DNA of 64,000 nt from Batkoa obscura (GCA_030770535.1 JASVEC010000027.1:62001-126000); one strand, 5' to 3'. Shown: positions 1-10,746, counted from the stretch's first letter. Notes: generated by a model not told the origin, from the sequence alone. A program made the numbers and translations.

Positions 1-444
1 CATCAAAAATATCATTATTATAAATTTTTTTGTAGTTCTAATACTATTATTGTATCATTAAGATTAGTTGCAAATTCAATAAAGCTATGATAGTTTTTGT
101 CTAAAATATATAGCAAAGTCCATATAAAATGTTTATGGTAGTAAATTTTAACAACTTTGTTAAAACATTATAAGTTTTTGTAAAGCTTTTATAGAAAAAG
201 GATAATACTGAAGATAAGTAGAATGAATAATTAAAGGACATATTATAAAAACAATGCAAAGAAAGTTACCTTAATATTCAGTATAAATAAACCATATATG
301 TGAAATTATTTATAATATTGGGATAGATTATTACTTTATGATATAAATGTAAAAAATAAAAACATAAAAATTATTATAGTCTAACTTTATTCTATTTTCC
401 ATAGCTATTAAAATGATAAACATTATAAATTGATCATTAAATCT

Positions 445-1707
445 TTATAGTTCTATTAAATTTAATTTTCGGATGCCCTTTAGCCTTCTATAGGCGCCTA
501 AAGAGGTTTCAGGATCAATACGAGTAATAAGCAGTATTAGGGTAGTAGGTAGATATTCAATTTCTGACAATGCATGTTGAAGAGTAAGACAGTTAACATT
601 AATCAATTCAAGGTTTGGAAATAACTTGACAAAAGTTAATAGCTTGCCAATTGTAGTGTTGAAATTATTGATTGAAATTTTTTTTACATATTTGCATTTA
701 TAAAAATCCAAATTCAAATAATTAAGATTAACTTCATTTAAAGCTATTTTATTAATATGAAGCATTTGGATATTTGGCAATTCTTGAATTCCTTTCAAGA
801 CTTCTTTCTTGAATTTTTTAACGTGTATCTCTTTTAACGCTGAAGACTTAAAAAAGTCATAACTAAGTAGATATCCAGAATTAGAGTACCCAAGTGAAGT
901 AATATTACTTCTTTCAATAAATTTTATATTATCATTGTCATTGAAAAAATTACGTGACAAGTCCCTTAATTTTATACTTTTGAGCTTTTTTAGGTCTCCA
1001 AAACTTTGAATACCTACTCCATTCTCGAACTTTCCACTAATTGATAGTTCCAGATTTGAATTGAAATTCAAATCTGGATTTAGTTCAGCGGTTGTAAAAA
1101 AGCTCTTTGAAGCTAATAGCTCTAATTTTTCTAATTTATTAAACTTTGATTTGATAATATCTAATCCGTCAAGATTAAAAAAAAGTTCTCTACAAACAAC
1201 CTCGAGTGATTTTAATTTGTTTGGATTTAAATACTTAATAACATCTTTAATACTTTCACTATTTACACCAAGTGTAATTATTTCCATCTGGCTTAAATAA
1301 TTACTAAAACACTCTAAAATATTTGCAACTTCACAGAAATCTATACATAATTTTGTCAACTTTGGTAGTTCAATATTAATATTAGATGGGATTGTATCAT
1401 AACTTTGGTAAAATGCTATAATATTAATACATTTTAAATTGATGCAATTCTTTATAAATCCAATATTTTGATCATCTAAAAGTAGTTCTTTCATCAACTC
1501 TCCATTTTCTCGAATAAACTTTACTTGTAACTCATCAAATCTTCCATCGCTATATAGAGAATAAGCTAAATTGGATCTGATGACCCGTTTTATTATACTG
1601 AATAAATATTTACTCAAAAAACTGATATCAATTAATTCCTCTGGTCTAATTAGTTGAAATACTCTTTCTAATATGATGTCTGGTAAATAGTCGAACTGTA
1701 TTTTCAT
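445..1707 (-). CDS. F-box / leucine-rich-repeat-like protein (420 aa, intronless)
   Basis: N-terminal F-box-like motif DYLPDIILERVFQLIRPEELIDISFLSKYL, followed by LxxLxL repeats (LPKLTKLCID, KLEKLEL, LKKLKSIKL, FPNLELINV). Confidence 0.7.
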   Translation of the reverse strand: MKIQFDYLPDIILERVFQLIRPEELIDISFLSKYLFSIIKRVIRSNLAYSLYSDGRFDELQVKFIRENGELMKELLLDDQNIGFIKNCINLKCINIIAFYQSYDTIPSNINIELPKLTKLCIDFCEVANILECFSNYLSQMEIITLGVNSESIKDVIKYLNPNKLKSLEVVCRELFFNLDGLDIIKSKFNKLEKLELLASKSFFTTAELNPDLNFNSNLELSISGKFENGVGIQSFGDLKKLKSIKLRDLSRNFFNDNDNIKFIERSNITSLGYSNSGYLLSYDFFKSSALKEIHVKKFKKEVLKGIQELPNIQMLHINKIALNEVNLNYLNLDFYKCKYVKKISINNFNTTIGKLLTFVKLFPNLELINVNCLTLQHALSEIEYLPTTLILLITRIDPETSLGAYRRLKGIRKLNLIEL

Positions 1708-2117
1708 TTAAATATAAATTTGATAAAATGTTTAGTTGGCTTTTGGACTTAGAAATTATTTGATAAATAGTAGAATAACTACTTTTTAACCAATGAAATG
1801 TGAAATTAGTTTAAAATTGGATCAAACTAGGAAGTCAAGGCGTTAGACTTAGAAGATTGAAAACCTGTGTAAACTAGTTATAAAAATAATATATTTATAC
1901 AACTTTTACTTTTACTTTTACTTTTACTTTACTTTTTTCTTTATCGTTCTTTAGCTTCTCTATCATTAAGAACAGATGGTATAACCTAAAGTTAAGTTAA
2001 ACTTATTTAAAGTTATCTCTTCAACTAAATGGCATCACTTTTTTAAAAATAAATGAATCTAAAAGCTAAATTGCAAACTAAAAGCTAAATTACAAAAAAA
2101 GTACAGATATTCCAAAA

Positions 2118-4121
2118 TTGAGTCTTAAAAAAATACGTGATCAAGAAATTAATCAAAGAACAATTATAAATTTCCAAAGCTATTTTTTTGTAAAAAAAAT
2201 TCAAGAGATGCAGCTCAAAATATTAGAATATGAAGCTACAGCAGCTGGGATATGCAAGAGGAAGGCAAAAATAAAGAAAAGAGCCTTAATAGAGGATATG
2301 AATGCTAGAATGACCGAATTGGATGCTACATTTGATCATTTGGTTCTTTATTTTAACCAGATCAGCTCGATTTCAATACAAAACAGTTCAATTGAATATA
2401 ATGCGCAAGATCTGTTAACCTTAATTAAATTAAAGAGTTATTTACAATGGATAACTAATCAATTGAGGCAGATACAACATGCTAAACCAACTTCAAAACT
2501 TCACCTTTTAAATCAAAAATGTATAGCGTTGACGGAATCCAAAATACAAAGCTTCGATATATTACTAAGCGATTATTTTAAATTCAATGGAAGGTATATC
2601 TATGATTTAAGGAATCGAGCAGGCCGTGGGGCTGAGCATGTAGGTATAGTATTGAACAGTATGGATTTTGGAACTTTGTTACAGAGTGGCTTAAACGCAC
2701 TTGAGTGTCGATTGTATGACACTGGGCTCTATTTTAGTAGAGAAGAGGTACTCACTATATTATCAACCAAAGAACCAAACTTTCAATCTCACGTGATGGT
2801 AGCTTCCTTTTGTGTATTTTATTTATCTCTTAATGACGCTGGGTTCCTGACCATGTTTAAAAAGAGTTATTATGAAGCGTGTAAGTCCATTTATCAAGTT
2901 TATAATGAAGTTAGTTTTGTAAATTTGAAAAGCTTAATGGTGTTGACATCATTGACATTTTATGAATCAGATACTGCGTTGTTAAAAAAGATTTCAATGC
3001 CCTTATTGAATATGGCGTATTCATTAGGGCTGAATAAAAGGATTGAAAATAGGTTATTGATGGATCAAAGTGAGGATGTAGAACTTTATCTACATAAAAG
3101 GATAACATGGAATTGTATAAGAGCATTTTTTGTCACAAACAATATGTTGTTGTCGTCTCTACCTTCGGTTGGGGATTTTGAAGTCAAAGGATTGGAGTTT
3201 GAGCAGTTGCGAGTTTTGATTCAAAGTCACTCGATGGATACTTGGTTGCTAAAATTTTTGGATTGCTTTCGTATTCAGTTACACGAAATTGTTATTGTAC
3301 TGTCAAACCATATGAAGAACATTAAAAGAAATTATAATCAATTGGAGGCTATAACCTACTATCAGGCTAGACTACCAATAGAAGTTTATAGTAAGATGCA
3401 AAGCACAATAAAAGTATATTTCATGCCTTCCGTCCGATTCTTAAGAAAAGAGCTTAATGAGATGAATCAAGGAAGTATTAGCATCACTAAATATTTTTGT
3501 CAGTTTAAAAATCAAGGTTGCAAAGTTCATCCTACTTTTCATCAGTTTAAAGAAAGCGTTTTAATTTATTATTTACAAATCATTTTAATTTATCCATTAA
3601 TTAATTATCATCCACAGCCTATTGATTTGGCAGCAGAGGAACTACTCATATTATTAGAGGCTGCTATTCGAATGTTTCATTTACTTCAAGCAAATACGTT
3701 TATTTATTTAAATCAAGTTTATCTCAATTCTCCTCAAAACCATAATGAAAGGTCGTTTCGACAACTTAAAGAATATCTAACCACCTGTCTCCCACCAATT
3801 GCAACTGAAGAATTCGAGGCTATGATTTATTTAAATGTAGCTTCATTACAGTTTGATTGTTATCTGTATCCATTATTTACTTTTCTATTAGTTTTATCTT
3901 CAAATCAACTACATTTATTATCACAGATAAGCAAAAAATATAAACAAAATATCAAACATAAAATTGTTCAAATCCTTAAAGTCTTAAAAATTATTAACCA
4001 TATTAAAAAACCCAAGATGCAATTTGACATTACTCATGTGATTGATAAGGCTCTAAGGTTCAGCAGGCACTTTCCATTGCAGCAAGAGGATGAGGTTGAG
4101 TGGGAGGAGTATCTAAACTAA
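2118..4121 (+). CDS. Fungal transcription-factor middle-homology-region (MHR/Fungal_trans)-like protein; start uncertain (TTG 2118, first ATG 2208)
   Basis: 667-codon ORF; LLNMAYSLGLNK...ELYLHKRITWNCI resembles the MHR motif AxxMAxxLGLH...E.RRRxWW; paralogous to 4060-5970. Confidence 0.55.
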   Translation: MSLKKIRDQEINQRTIINFQSYFFVKKIQEMQLKILEYEATAAGICKRKAKIKKRALIEDMNARMTELDATFDHLVLYFNQISSISIQNSSIEYNAQDLLTLIKLKSYLQWITNQLRQIQHAKPTSKLHLLNQKCIALTESKIQSFDILLSDYFKFNGRYIYDLRNRAGRGAEHVGIVLNSMDFGTLLQSGLNALECRLYDTGLYFSREEVLTILSTKEPNFQSHVMVASFCVFYLSLNDAGFLTMFKKSYYEACKSIYQVYNEVSFVNLKSLMVLTSLTFYESDTALLKKISMPLLNMAYSLGLNKRIENRLLMDQSEDVELYLHKRITWNCIRAFFVTNNMLLSSLPSVGDFEVKGLEFEQLRVLIQSHSMDTWLLKFLDCFRIQLHEIVIVLSNHMKNIKRNYNQLEAITYYQARLPIEVYSKMQSTIKVYFMPSVRFLRKELNEMNQGSISITKYFCQFKNQGCKVHPTFHQFKESVLIYYLQIILIYPLINYHPQPIDLAAEELLILLEAAIRMFHLLQANTFIYLNQVYLNSPQNHNERSFRQLKEYLTTCLPPIATEEFEAMIYLNVASLQFDCYLYPLFTFLLVLSSNQLHLLSQISKKYKQNIKHKIVQILKVLKIINHIKKPKMQFDITHVIDKALRFSRHFPLQQEDEVEWEEYLN

Positions 4122-5970
4122 ATTTATATTGAATTTCCTTAGTAAACTCATCGGACAATTTAAACTTAGCAATCGAGTTTTTAATGGTAACGTAAATTGG
4201 AGACATATTAAAGGTACTTTGAGCATCTTGTAAATCAACTAAAAGTTGGATGATGGATATAATTTCAAGTATACAATGTTGAAAATACTGAATTTTTTCC
4301 AAAGAGAAGAGAGAGTTTAATTGGTACTCTTTGACCGAAATGGCTATTAGAAAGATGTGAAACGCATGTAAAAGAGAATCCAATTGAATTGTCTTAAAGA
4401 TGAGTTGAGTTAAATGGACAGATAGTCGAGTGTAAATTGAATTCTGTTGGCGGTTTAAATAAAGTTGAATATTATGAATTAGACTGTTAGTTTTTGAATG
4501 TGAATTTAGTCGATTTACTACTTGTTGAAAATAATTGTAAGTTATTATTGAATAAATGGTGTGTATCTTGATAGCTACTTCGATCAATATAAGTACGTTT
4601 TTATTAGTAACAAAATCAGGGGTAGGTGCTGTGATGATTCCAGGAGCAATGATATAAATTTGAATCGTGTATATTAAAAGGCTATTCTTAATACTATGGT
4701 AATAAATTAATGAATCAGTAGCAGTGTCTTTAAAATAACATAAATAATCATTTAAGCTTTTAACTTTACATTTTAACTTCAATTGGTGATCTAAATAATT
4801 AAGTGATGGTATAAAGTAATTTAATAATATCACTTGTATTCTTTCAATACTATATCTCTTTTGATTTAAATTATATTGAGCCGTTAACTCATGATTAATA
4901 TTACTACAAATGATTAATAACATCTCTTGAATATGCAATCGAATCAAAGAAGCAGTATAGTTCAAATCGTTATTATATCGATCATTTAGCTGATATAAAC
5001 TATTCAATTTCAAATTATGCTCATTTAACTGTACCTTTAAACATTTATCCATCAAAAACTCTTGGTTCGTAAAATAGAATATAGCTATACTGTTCCACAC
5101 TTTCCATCTTTTAATAACCAGTTCGCTTTCACTCTTTGAGCTCGTTTCCAATTGTGATAAGTGAACTTGGTCTAACTGCAAAGCAGAAGCCATCCTAACA
5201 GCAATTGGAAATAATTTCCGAATTGTTTTAATATCTCCTTCGTTACATGCCATCTCATTACATAACATCAACATCCTCAACGTATCAAATCCGACCTGAT
5301 TAAAACTCTGATACATAAGCTTACACGCTCGTCCATAAACCATTTTAAATATAGTTTGAAACTGTACATTATCATAATGATATTGATTATAGCATCCAAA
5401 TACTGCCAAAGTAGTATAGTTCGCGAAAGTAGCTTTCTTTTGATGTAAATTGGTTAATAACTCATCAGGCTCAAACTGAAGCCCTGAGCCTTGAAATAGG
5501 AAGCGATAATGATGTAGGCCAGATTCGAGATAAGCCCCGTAATCAAAGCAGCCATCCTTGACATCTATGTGCTCTCCGCTTCTTCCGCTACGTGTTCTTA
5601 ATGCCATTATACTATCTGTATTTTCAGTTGTATATGCTGTTAGTAAGTTATCTATATTAGTTATATACTTCTGTTGTTCTGAAGTAATCTCACTATTGGT
5701 ATGAGCATTTAGCTGATTTATTATCCATAGTAAATAGTCTTTGATCTGCTTTAAGTGAGAGAAATTGGATTGAATTGTAGCTTGAGAGGTAGAAGTGGTA
5801 GCTATTATAGTTTGATATTGAGCTAACTTTTGTAGTGTCTGCTTTAATTCGGTTTCTAAGGCAGTTAGGCGGTGTTCAAGGGATTTAATATCAACTTTGT
5901 TAGTTGTTATAGATTTTAGTTTATCTTTTTGGATATCATGGATATACCTTTTGATCTTTAAAGGTTTCAT
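4060..5970 (-). CDS. Fungal TF MHR-like protein, paralog of 2118-4121
   Basis: 636-aa ORF with N-terminal coiled coil (KSLEHRLTALETELKQ) and IAVRMASALQL...ELVIKRWKVWNSI; LRTRSGRSGEH..FDYGAYLESGL matches LRNRAGRGAEH..MDFGTLLQSGL in the paralog. Confidence 0.6.
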   Translation of the reverse strand: MKPLKIKRYIHDIQKDKLKSITTNKVDIKSLEHRLTALETELKQTLQKLAQYQTIIATTSTSQATIQSNFSHLKQIKDYLLWIINQLNAHTNSEITSEQQKYITNIDNLLTAYTTENTDSIMALRTRSGRSGEHIDVKDGCFDYGAYLESGLHHYRFLFQGSGLQFEPDELLTNLHQKKATFANYTTLAVFGCYNQYHYDNVQFQTIFKMVYGRACKLMYQSFNQVGFDTLRMLMLCNEMACNEGDIKTIRKLFPIAVRMASALQLDQVHLSQLETSSKSESELVIKRWKVWNSIAIFYFTNQEFLMDKCLKVQLNEHNLKLNSLYQLNDRYNNDLNYTASLIRLHIQEMLLIICSNINHELTAQYNLNQKRYSIERIQVILLNYFIPSLNYLDHQLKLKCKVKSLNDYLCYFKDTATDSLIYYHSIKNSLLIYTIQIYIIAPGIITAPTPDFVTNKNVLILIEVAIKIHTIYSIITYNYFQQVVNRLNSHSKTNSLIHNIQLYLNRQQNSIYTRLSVHLTQLIFKTIQLDSLLHAFHIFLIAISVKEYQLNSLFSLEKIQYFQHCILEIISIIQLLVDLQDAQSTFNMSPIYVTIKNSIAKFKLSDEFTKEIQYKFSLDTPPTQPHPLAAMESAC

Positions 5971-6318
5971 TATAATAGCTTATGATGGTAGTTAGGTTTT
6001 GAAAAAGAATGAATGAAAGTTCTAATTTTATTGATATTTAGCATTTTCGGATAAATAGGATTTAACTAAAATTGAGCTAATAAACTCACTTTGAATTTTA
6101 ACTATTTCATATTGATAGTATTTATTCAGTTCCATAAAACCTATCCATAAACTCAATAAAGGTCTTATAAATGTATTCTATTTAGAACTCACATAATACA
6201 AATGCAAATTAAAAAATAAAATCTTTGAAGCTGGGGCCTATTTCCGGGCTAAATTTTCACCAAAAGTGATGACATAAAATTAAAAACTCAAAAATATCTT
6301 TTTGACTAAAAAGAAGCT

Positions 6319-7595
6319 ATGAGTTTAAAAGGGAAGACAATTTTTATATCTGGAGCATCAAGGTAACTCGATAGAACATAAAAAAGAGCAAAGGTTAATC
6401 AATCTGATCTTATAGAGGTATTGGCAAAGCAATAGCTTTAAGAGCAGCTAGAGATGGAGCGAATATAGCAATAGCAGCAAAGACAACCACCGCGCATCCA
6501 AAGGTAAGCGAATAAAATAAAAAAGAAACAAAAATCTCATTAATGCCATTGTTCAAGCTGCCAGGAACAATCTATACAGCAGCTGAAGAAGTAGAAAAAG
6601 CAGGAGGAAAAGCATTACCTATAGTTTGTGATATCCGAAGTGAAGAACAGATTGCTGACGCCATTAGTCAAACAGTGAAACAGTTTGGTGGGCTTGATAT
6701 TTTAGTTAATAATGGTAAAGCTAATCTGTTTTTTATTTAACAATAGATATTAATAATAAAAGCCTCCGCTATCAGTTTAACGAATACTGAAGAAACTACT
6801 TTGAAAAAGTTTGATTTGATGCATCAGATCAATACCCGTGGTACTTGGTTGGTGTCTAAGGTTTGTTGTTAGCTCCTTTATAAAATATCAATTTTATTCA
6901 TTTTTTAATTGCTCTTAGCATTCTATTCCTCACTTAAGAAAGAGCAGTAACCCACATATTTTAAACCTTGCCCCACCACTATACATGCATCAAAAATGGT
7001 TTCAAAACCATAGTGCTTATACTATGGCAAAGTATGATATTTTTTGTTTTTATGTGAGCTATATTTAATGTGTTTTAGATATGGTATGTCAATGTGTGTA
7101 CTTGGTATGTCAGGCGAACTTAAAAAAGATGGTATTGCAGTCAATGCATTATGGCCACTCACTGCGATCATGACGGCAGCTTTACAGATGATTGGTAGGT
7201 GAATTGTTTTTTGTTAATATTATACTAAATTGGTTATTTAGAATCAATGAATAAACCAGAGCTTTGTCGGTAAGTAGATTGGATTTATTATAGGCTGATT
7301 AAGTTGATATTTTTTAGTACCCCGGAGATCATTGCTGATTCTGCATATATGGTATTTAATAAGGATAGTAAGAAATTTACGTAAGAATATTATCCAACTC
7401 TTTATCATATGATATTAACTGGTGGTATTTTAATTTAGTGGTAATTTTTTAGTGGATGAATTATTTTTACGTGAGAATGGAGTTACCAATATTGATCAAT
7501 ATTCCGTCGTTAAGGGAGCAACTGAATTTGTAGAAGATTTTTTCATTCCTGAAGAAGTTAAAGAAAAAATTCAAAAGCTAAGAGAAAGTAGTTGA
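6319..7595 (+). CDS. HSDL2-like short-chain dehydrogenase/reductase (multi-exon), copy 1
   Basis: Spliced reading MSLKGKTIFISGASRGIGKAIALRAARDGANIAIAAKTTTAHPKLPGTIYTAAEEVEKAGGKALPIVCDIR...YTMAKYGMS...NALWP; GxxxGIG and YxxxK SDR motifs; about 8 short GT-AG introns; no SCP2 domain visible. Confidence 0.9.
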
Positions 7596-8261
7596 AAATA
7601 GGGTGGGTTAAACCTGAGTTTTATTAATATAGTTGATAAACAATAATAGCTTAAAAGTTTTTTAAACATTTTTTATTTATCACTAATCCTAGTGAATTAT
7701 TTGAAGTAGCTAATTTTTGTATATAAAACATTGTATCTATAATTACTTTAACGTATATTAAAATTAATACATTTAAAAAAATGTCAATTTATGTTTAAGT
7801 ATGAAATATTATAATGCACTAATTGTTTTAATTTATTCAAATTATGCTTGAAATTGATTTGGAATTGCATTGCTAATTGATCATGTATCTAATCCTTATA
7901 GTTTTATTGCTCCAAAGCATCAAGTAACGTTGTTAGTAATTATGACCTAGTGCTGGAAAAAACTCATCAATATACCAGCTCCTTTTTCTACATGGATAAA
8001 ATTTTTATTACTTTTCCTACTCATTTGAATAATTCGGATTTTCTGTTGACAATATTCTAAATGATCTTTAACAACAAAGCAGGTTTGTCTTAACTCAAAT
8101 CGGTGCTCCAACTGAAAACCATTTTTGATGATATAAGTTTTTTTTTCCTCTTTGAGACTTAGTCGTCCCAAACTGGAAAATAAACAGTTATTGAAAGCCT
8201 TCTTTAATGATTTCGCTGCCATATCAAAATTTACATTGTCCTTTACATGATTTTTAATATT

Positions 8262-8355
8262 TGGGGATGTATTTGTTTAAGAATTTTACTAACAGTCTTT
8301 TTGCTGAAATAGCGCTTAAAAATGGAAAAAATAATGAAACCAAAAAACACCCTCA
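8262..8355 (+). mobile_element. MITE family A copy (~95 bp)
   Basis: TGGGGATGTATTT...TTTAAGAATTTTACTAACA...AAATAGCGCTTAAAAATGGAAAAA...AAAAAACACCCTCA; six copies in the window, with terminal inverted repeats. Confidence 0.75.
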
Positions 8356-8530
8356 TTCGTTGAAATTTTTATTAAAATAAACCTAGTTTAAATTCCATAT
8401 TTTCAAATATCAAAATTTTCACCATCAGTATTGTTTTCCAATACGTCATTTTTTGCAAACAAAAACTTGCTTTTCTTTAGCACAAAAAATTCTTTGGCAC
8501 CTTTCAACTTTTATTTGATTTCATTTTTAC

Positions 8531-9208
8531 ATGCTTGTACGCTTACTTAAACACTTTCCTAGAGTATCTTTTTTAACTAAATTTCAACCCATTACCTTAT
8601 TATCAATTCGAAAAATGAGTGATGATAATTATATGAAGATGTTAAATAATAGCAATAATTTTGAGTTTAAAAAAACAGCCGATTCAACTAGTGATAAAAA
8701 TGATAAGTTTGGTGATATTAAAGAAGCCAAATGGTTAAATGGAATATTAAAAAAAGAAAAAGAGATTTCTGTTTCTAATGAAGACGATTTGGGCTTGGAA
8801 AATATCCTAGGATATTTAACTAAAGTATCTAATGGAATAACCTATTATTCAGAAGCGGACTTTGAATTTGAAAAATTTAGTTTATTAAATTTGAGATTAA
8901 ATCAACTTCCAACAGAAATCGAGTTTTTGAAATTGGTTAAAGAGAAAGCTGGTAATGAAACTGAAAATTTGGAGCAATTTGACGTAAAAAAACAAAGTTT
9001 ACAACAGTTTATTGATAAGTCTACAGAGGATGAAGAATTGACTGAATTGTTTGATAAATTAAAAGAGATGAGTAGTGAGGAAAATTTGGAAATCGCTGTT
9101 TATACATTAAATGATAAACAATCTGTTTATAGTTATCATTTTATCTCAATGTTGATTAAAGAAGAAGAAGCTATTGTTGGTTTAGTTACTTTAGAGGTAC
9201 AGAGCTAG
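8531..9208 (+). CDS. NuiA (nuclease A inhibitor)-like protein with predicted mitochondrial presequence
   Basis: Intronless 225 aa. Residues 1-28 are R/K-rich with no acidic residues. ILGYLTKVSNGITYYSEADFEFEKF and terminal IVGLVTLEVQS align with recalled NuiA ILEQLKQASDGLLFMSESEYPFEVF and terminal LAGISTKVVET. Confidence 0.7.
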   Translation: MLVRLLKHFPRVSFLTKFQPITLLSIRKMSDDNYMKMLNNSNNFEFKKTADSTSDKNDKFGDIKEAKWLNGILKKEKEISVSNEDDLGLENILGYLTKVSNGITYYSEADFEFEKFSLLNLRLNQLPTEIEFLKLVKEKAGNETENLEQFDVKKQSLQQFIDKSTEDEELTELFDKLKEMSSEENLEIAVYTLNDKQSVYSYHFISMLIKEEEAIVGLVTLEVQS

Positions 9209-9298
9209 ATCATTATTAAACAAAATCTATTTAAATTAAGTGTATTTTTTATAAATTAACTTTATTCATTTAATTTTCTATTTAATAATTTTATAATA

Positions 9299-9391
9299 TG
9301 AGGATGTTTTTTTTTCACTTTTTCCATTTTTAAGCACTATTTGAGTGGAAAGATTATTAGTGAAATTTTTAAACAGAAAAATGCATCCCCG
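9299..9391 (-). mobile_element. MITE family A copy (reverse orientation)
   Basis: Reverse complement of the 8262 element: TGAGGATGTTTT...TTTTTAAGCACTATTTGAGTGGAAA...ATGCATCCCCG, flanked by TA on both sides. Confidence 0.75.
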
Positions 9392-9471
9392 TATGTTTAT
9401 TACTTTTAACTATAATCAAATAACAAATATATATAATACTATAAATTAAGCATTTATTTATAATAATTAAC

Positions 9472-10119
9472 CTAATTTTGTTTACGGAAGAGATAAGCAG
9501 CGCCTACACCAATAGCAGCTACTAAACCACCCACCATAAATAAGCCCATTAAACCTTCTACAAAAAGCATTATTAAAATCTATTAATTTCAACAATCATT
9601 AAATAAAATTTTACCTCTAGATACTCTTTTTTCAATTAAATTTTTTAATGCTAAAGCTTGAATATTATGAGGTTCTTGATCCAAAATATAGGAATTCATC
9701 ACTCTAGCTTCTGTATAATTGCCCAATTTATAATTTCCTAAAGCTATATAATATTGGCACTCACGACGTCTGTCTGGGTATTCAACAATGATACCTAGTT
9801 TTTTGATTAAAGTTATAAGACTGAATTACAAAAACAAAAGATAATTATAATAAAAACTTACTATTTAATATCTGAATACCTTCTTGTACAAATTGTCTTT
9901 CACGACATTTAATAAGTCCCCAAGCTAAATTAAATTTGGTTTGTACATTGGCATCTTTACCTTCACTAGCGTATTGAGTGCGAAGGACCTAAAAGTTTAA
10001 AGTTTTAATTAAATATTATATCAAATAGAAATTATTCTTTTTTGACTTACATTTAATTCTGCTTCAGTAAGTGGATCTTCAGCTTCAGCTACAAAGGGCA
10101 AACGATCTCCAAGGGTCAT
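9472..10119 (-). CDS. FIS1: Mitochondrial fission protein Fis1 (4 exons)
   Basis: Spliced [50 protein letters not shown].../...[25 protein letters not shown]...[51 protein letters not shown] motifs plus C-terminal tail anchor. Confidence 0.93.
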
Positions 10120-10746
10120 ATTTCTTGTATTGATAGATTTTTTTATAAAAGTAATTCAACAACTAATTTAAGCTAATTTCTTTTTTATAACCCTACTCAA
10201 TCATGACGTAGGTATTTTTCAAGAAATCTATAAGCATTAGGTTTGGTTTGCAGATTAGTGAAAATAATGAGCAAATGGTTGGATTTGTTGAAATTACCAA
10301 AATTTTCTGGCTCTAGGCTCCCTTTTTTGGTCAAGGCTCCAAATGAAAAGAACTAAATCAATTTTAATAAAAACTGTAGTAATAGAAAAATTATGCTTTA
10401 TTTCAACTAGTAAGATTCATAAAAATTCATAAAAATAGATTTAGATTTTTCGATTGAAATTGTACAAAACGTGGGCTAAAAAGGTTGTAGGAGATAATAC
10501 ACCAGAAGTGACCACAATCAGAAAAATATGATAAGTGGGGGCTTAATTAATGTTCAATTTTAGCAACTTATTAAGTTGCTAAAGTTAAAGAGTATTTGCT
10601 ATTTTTGATAAAAATTAAGTTTTAAATGAATAGGGTTTAGAATTAACTCGTCATGACTCAACATTAATATTGAGAAAATGAGATGTGTCTATAACTCATC
10701 AACTGTACACTAAATGTATAAACAATTGAGACATATTTTAGTTTAT

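Noticed and set aside
1902..1935. (ACTTTT)n microsatellite; similar (AATCAA)n near 49805
   Set aside because: Ordinary simple repeats.
7860..8222. 91-aa ORF (7947-8222, -) with coding-like continuation in another frame
   Set aside because: Looks like a frameshifted gene or TE relic next to a MITE, but no family motif was recognisable.
8531..10119. Functional link between the NuiA-like gene and adjacent FIS1 (both mitochondrial, cell-death related)
   Set aside because: Adjacency alone is weak evidence in a eukaryote without synteny data.
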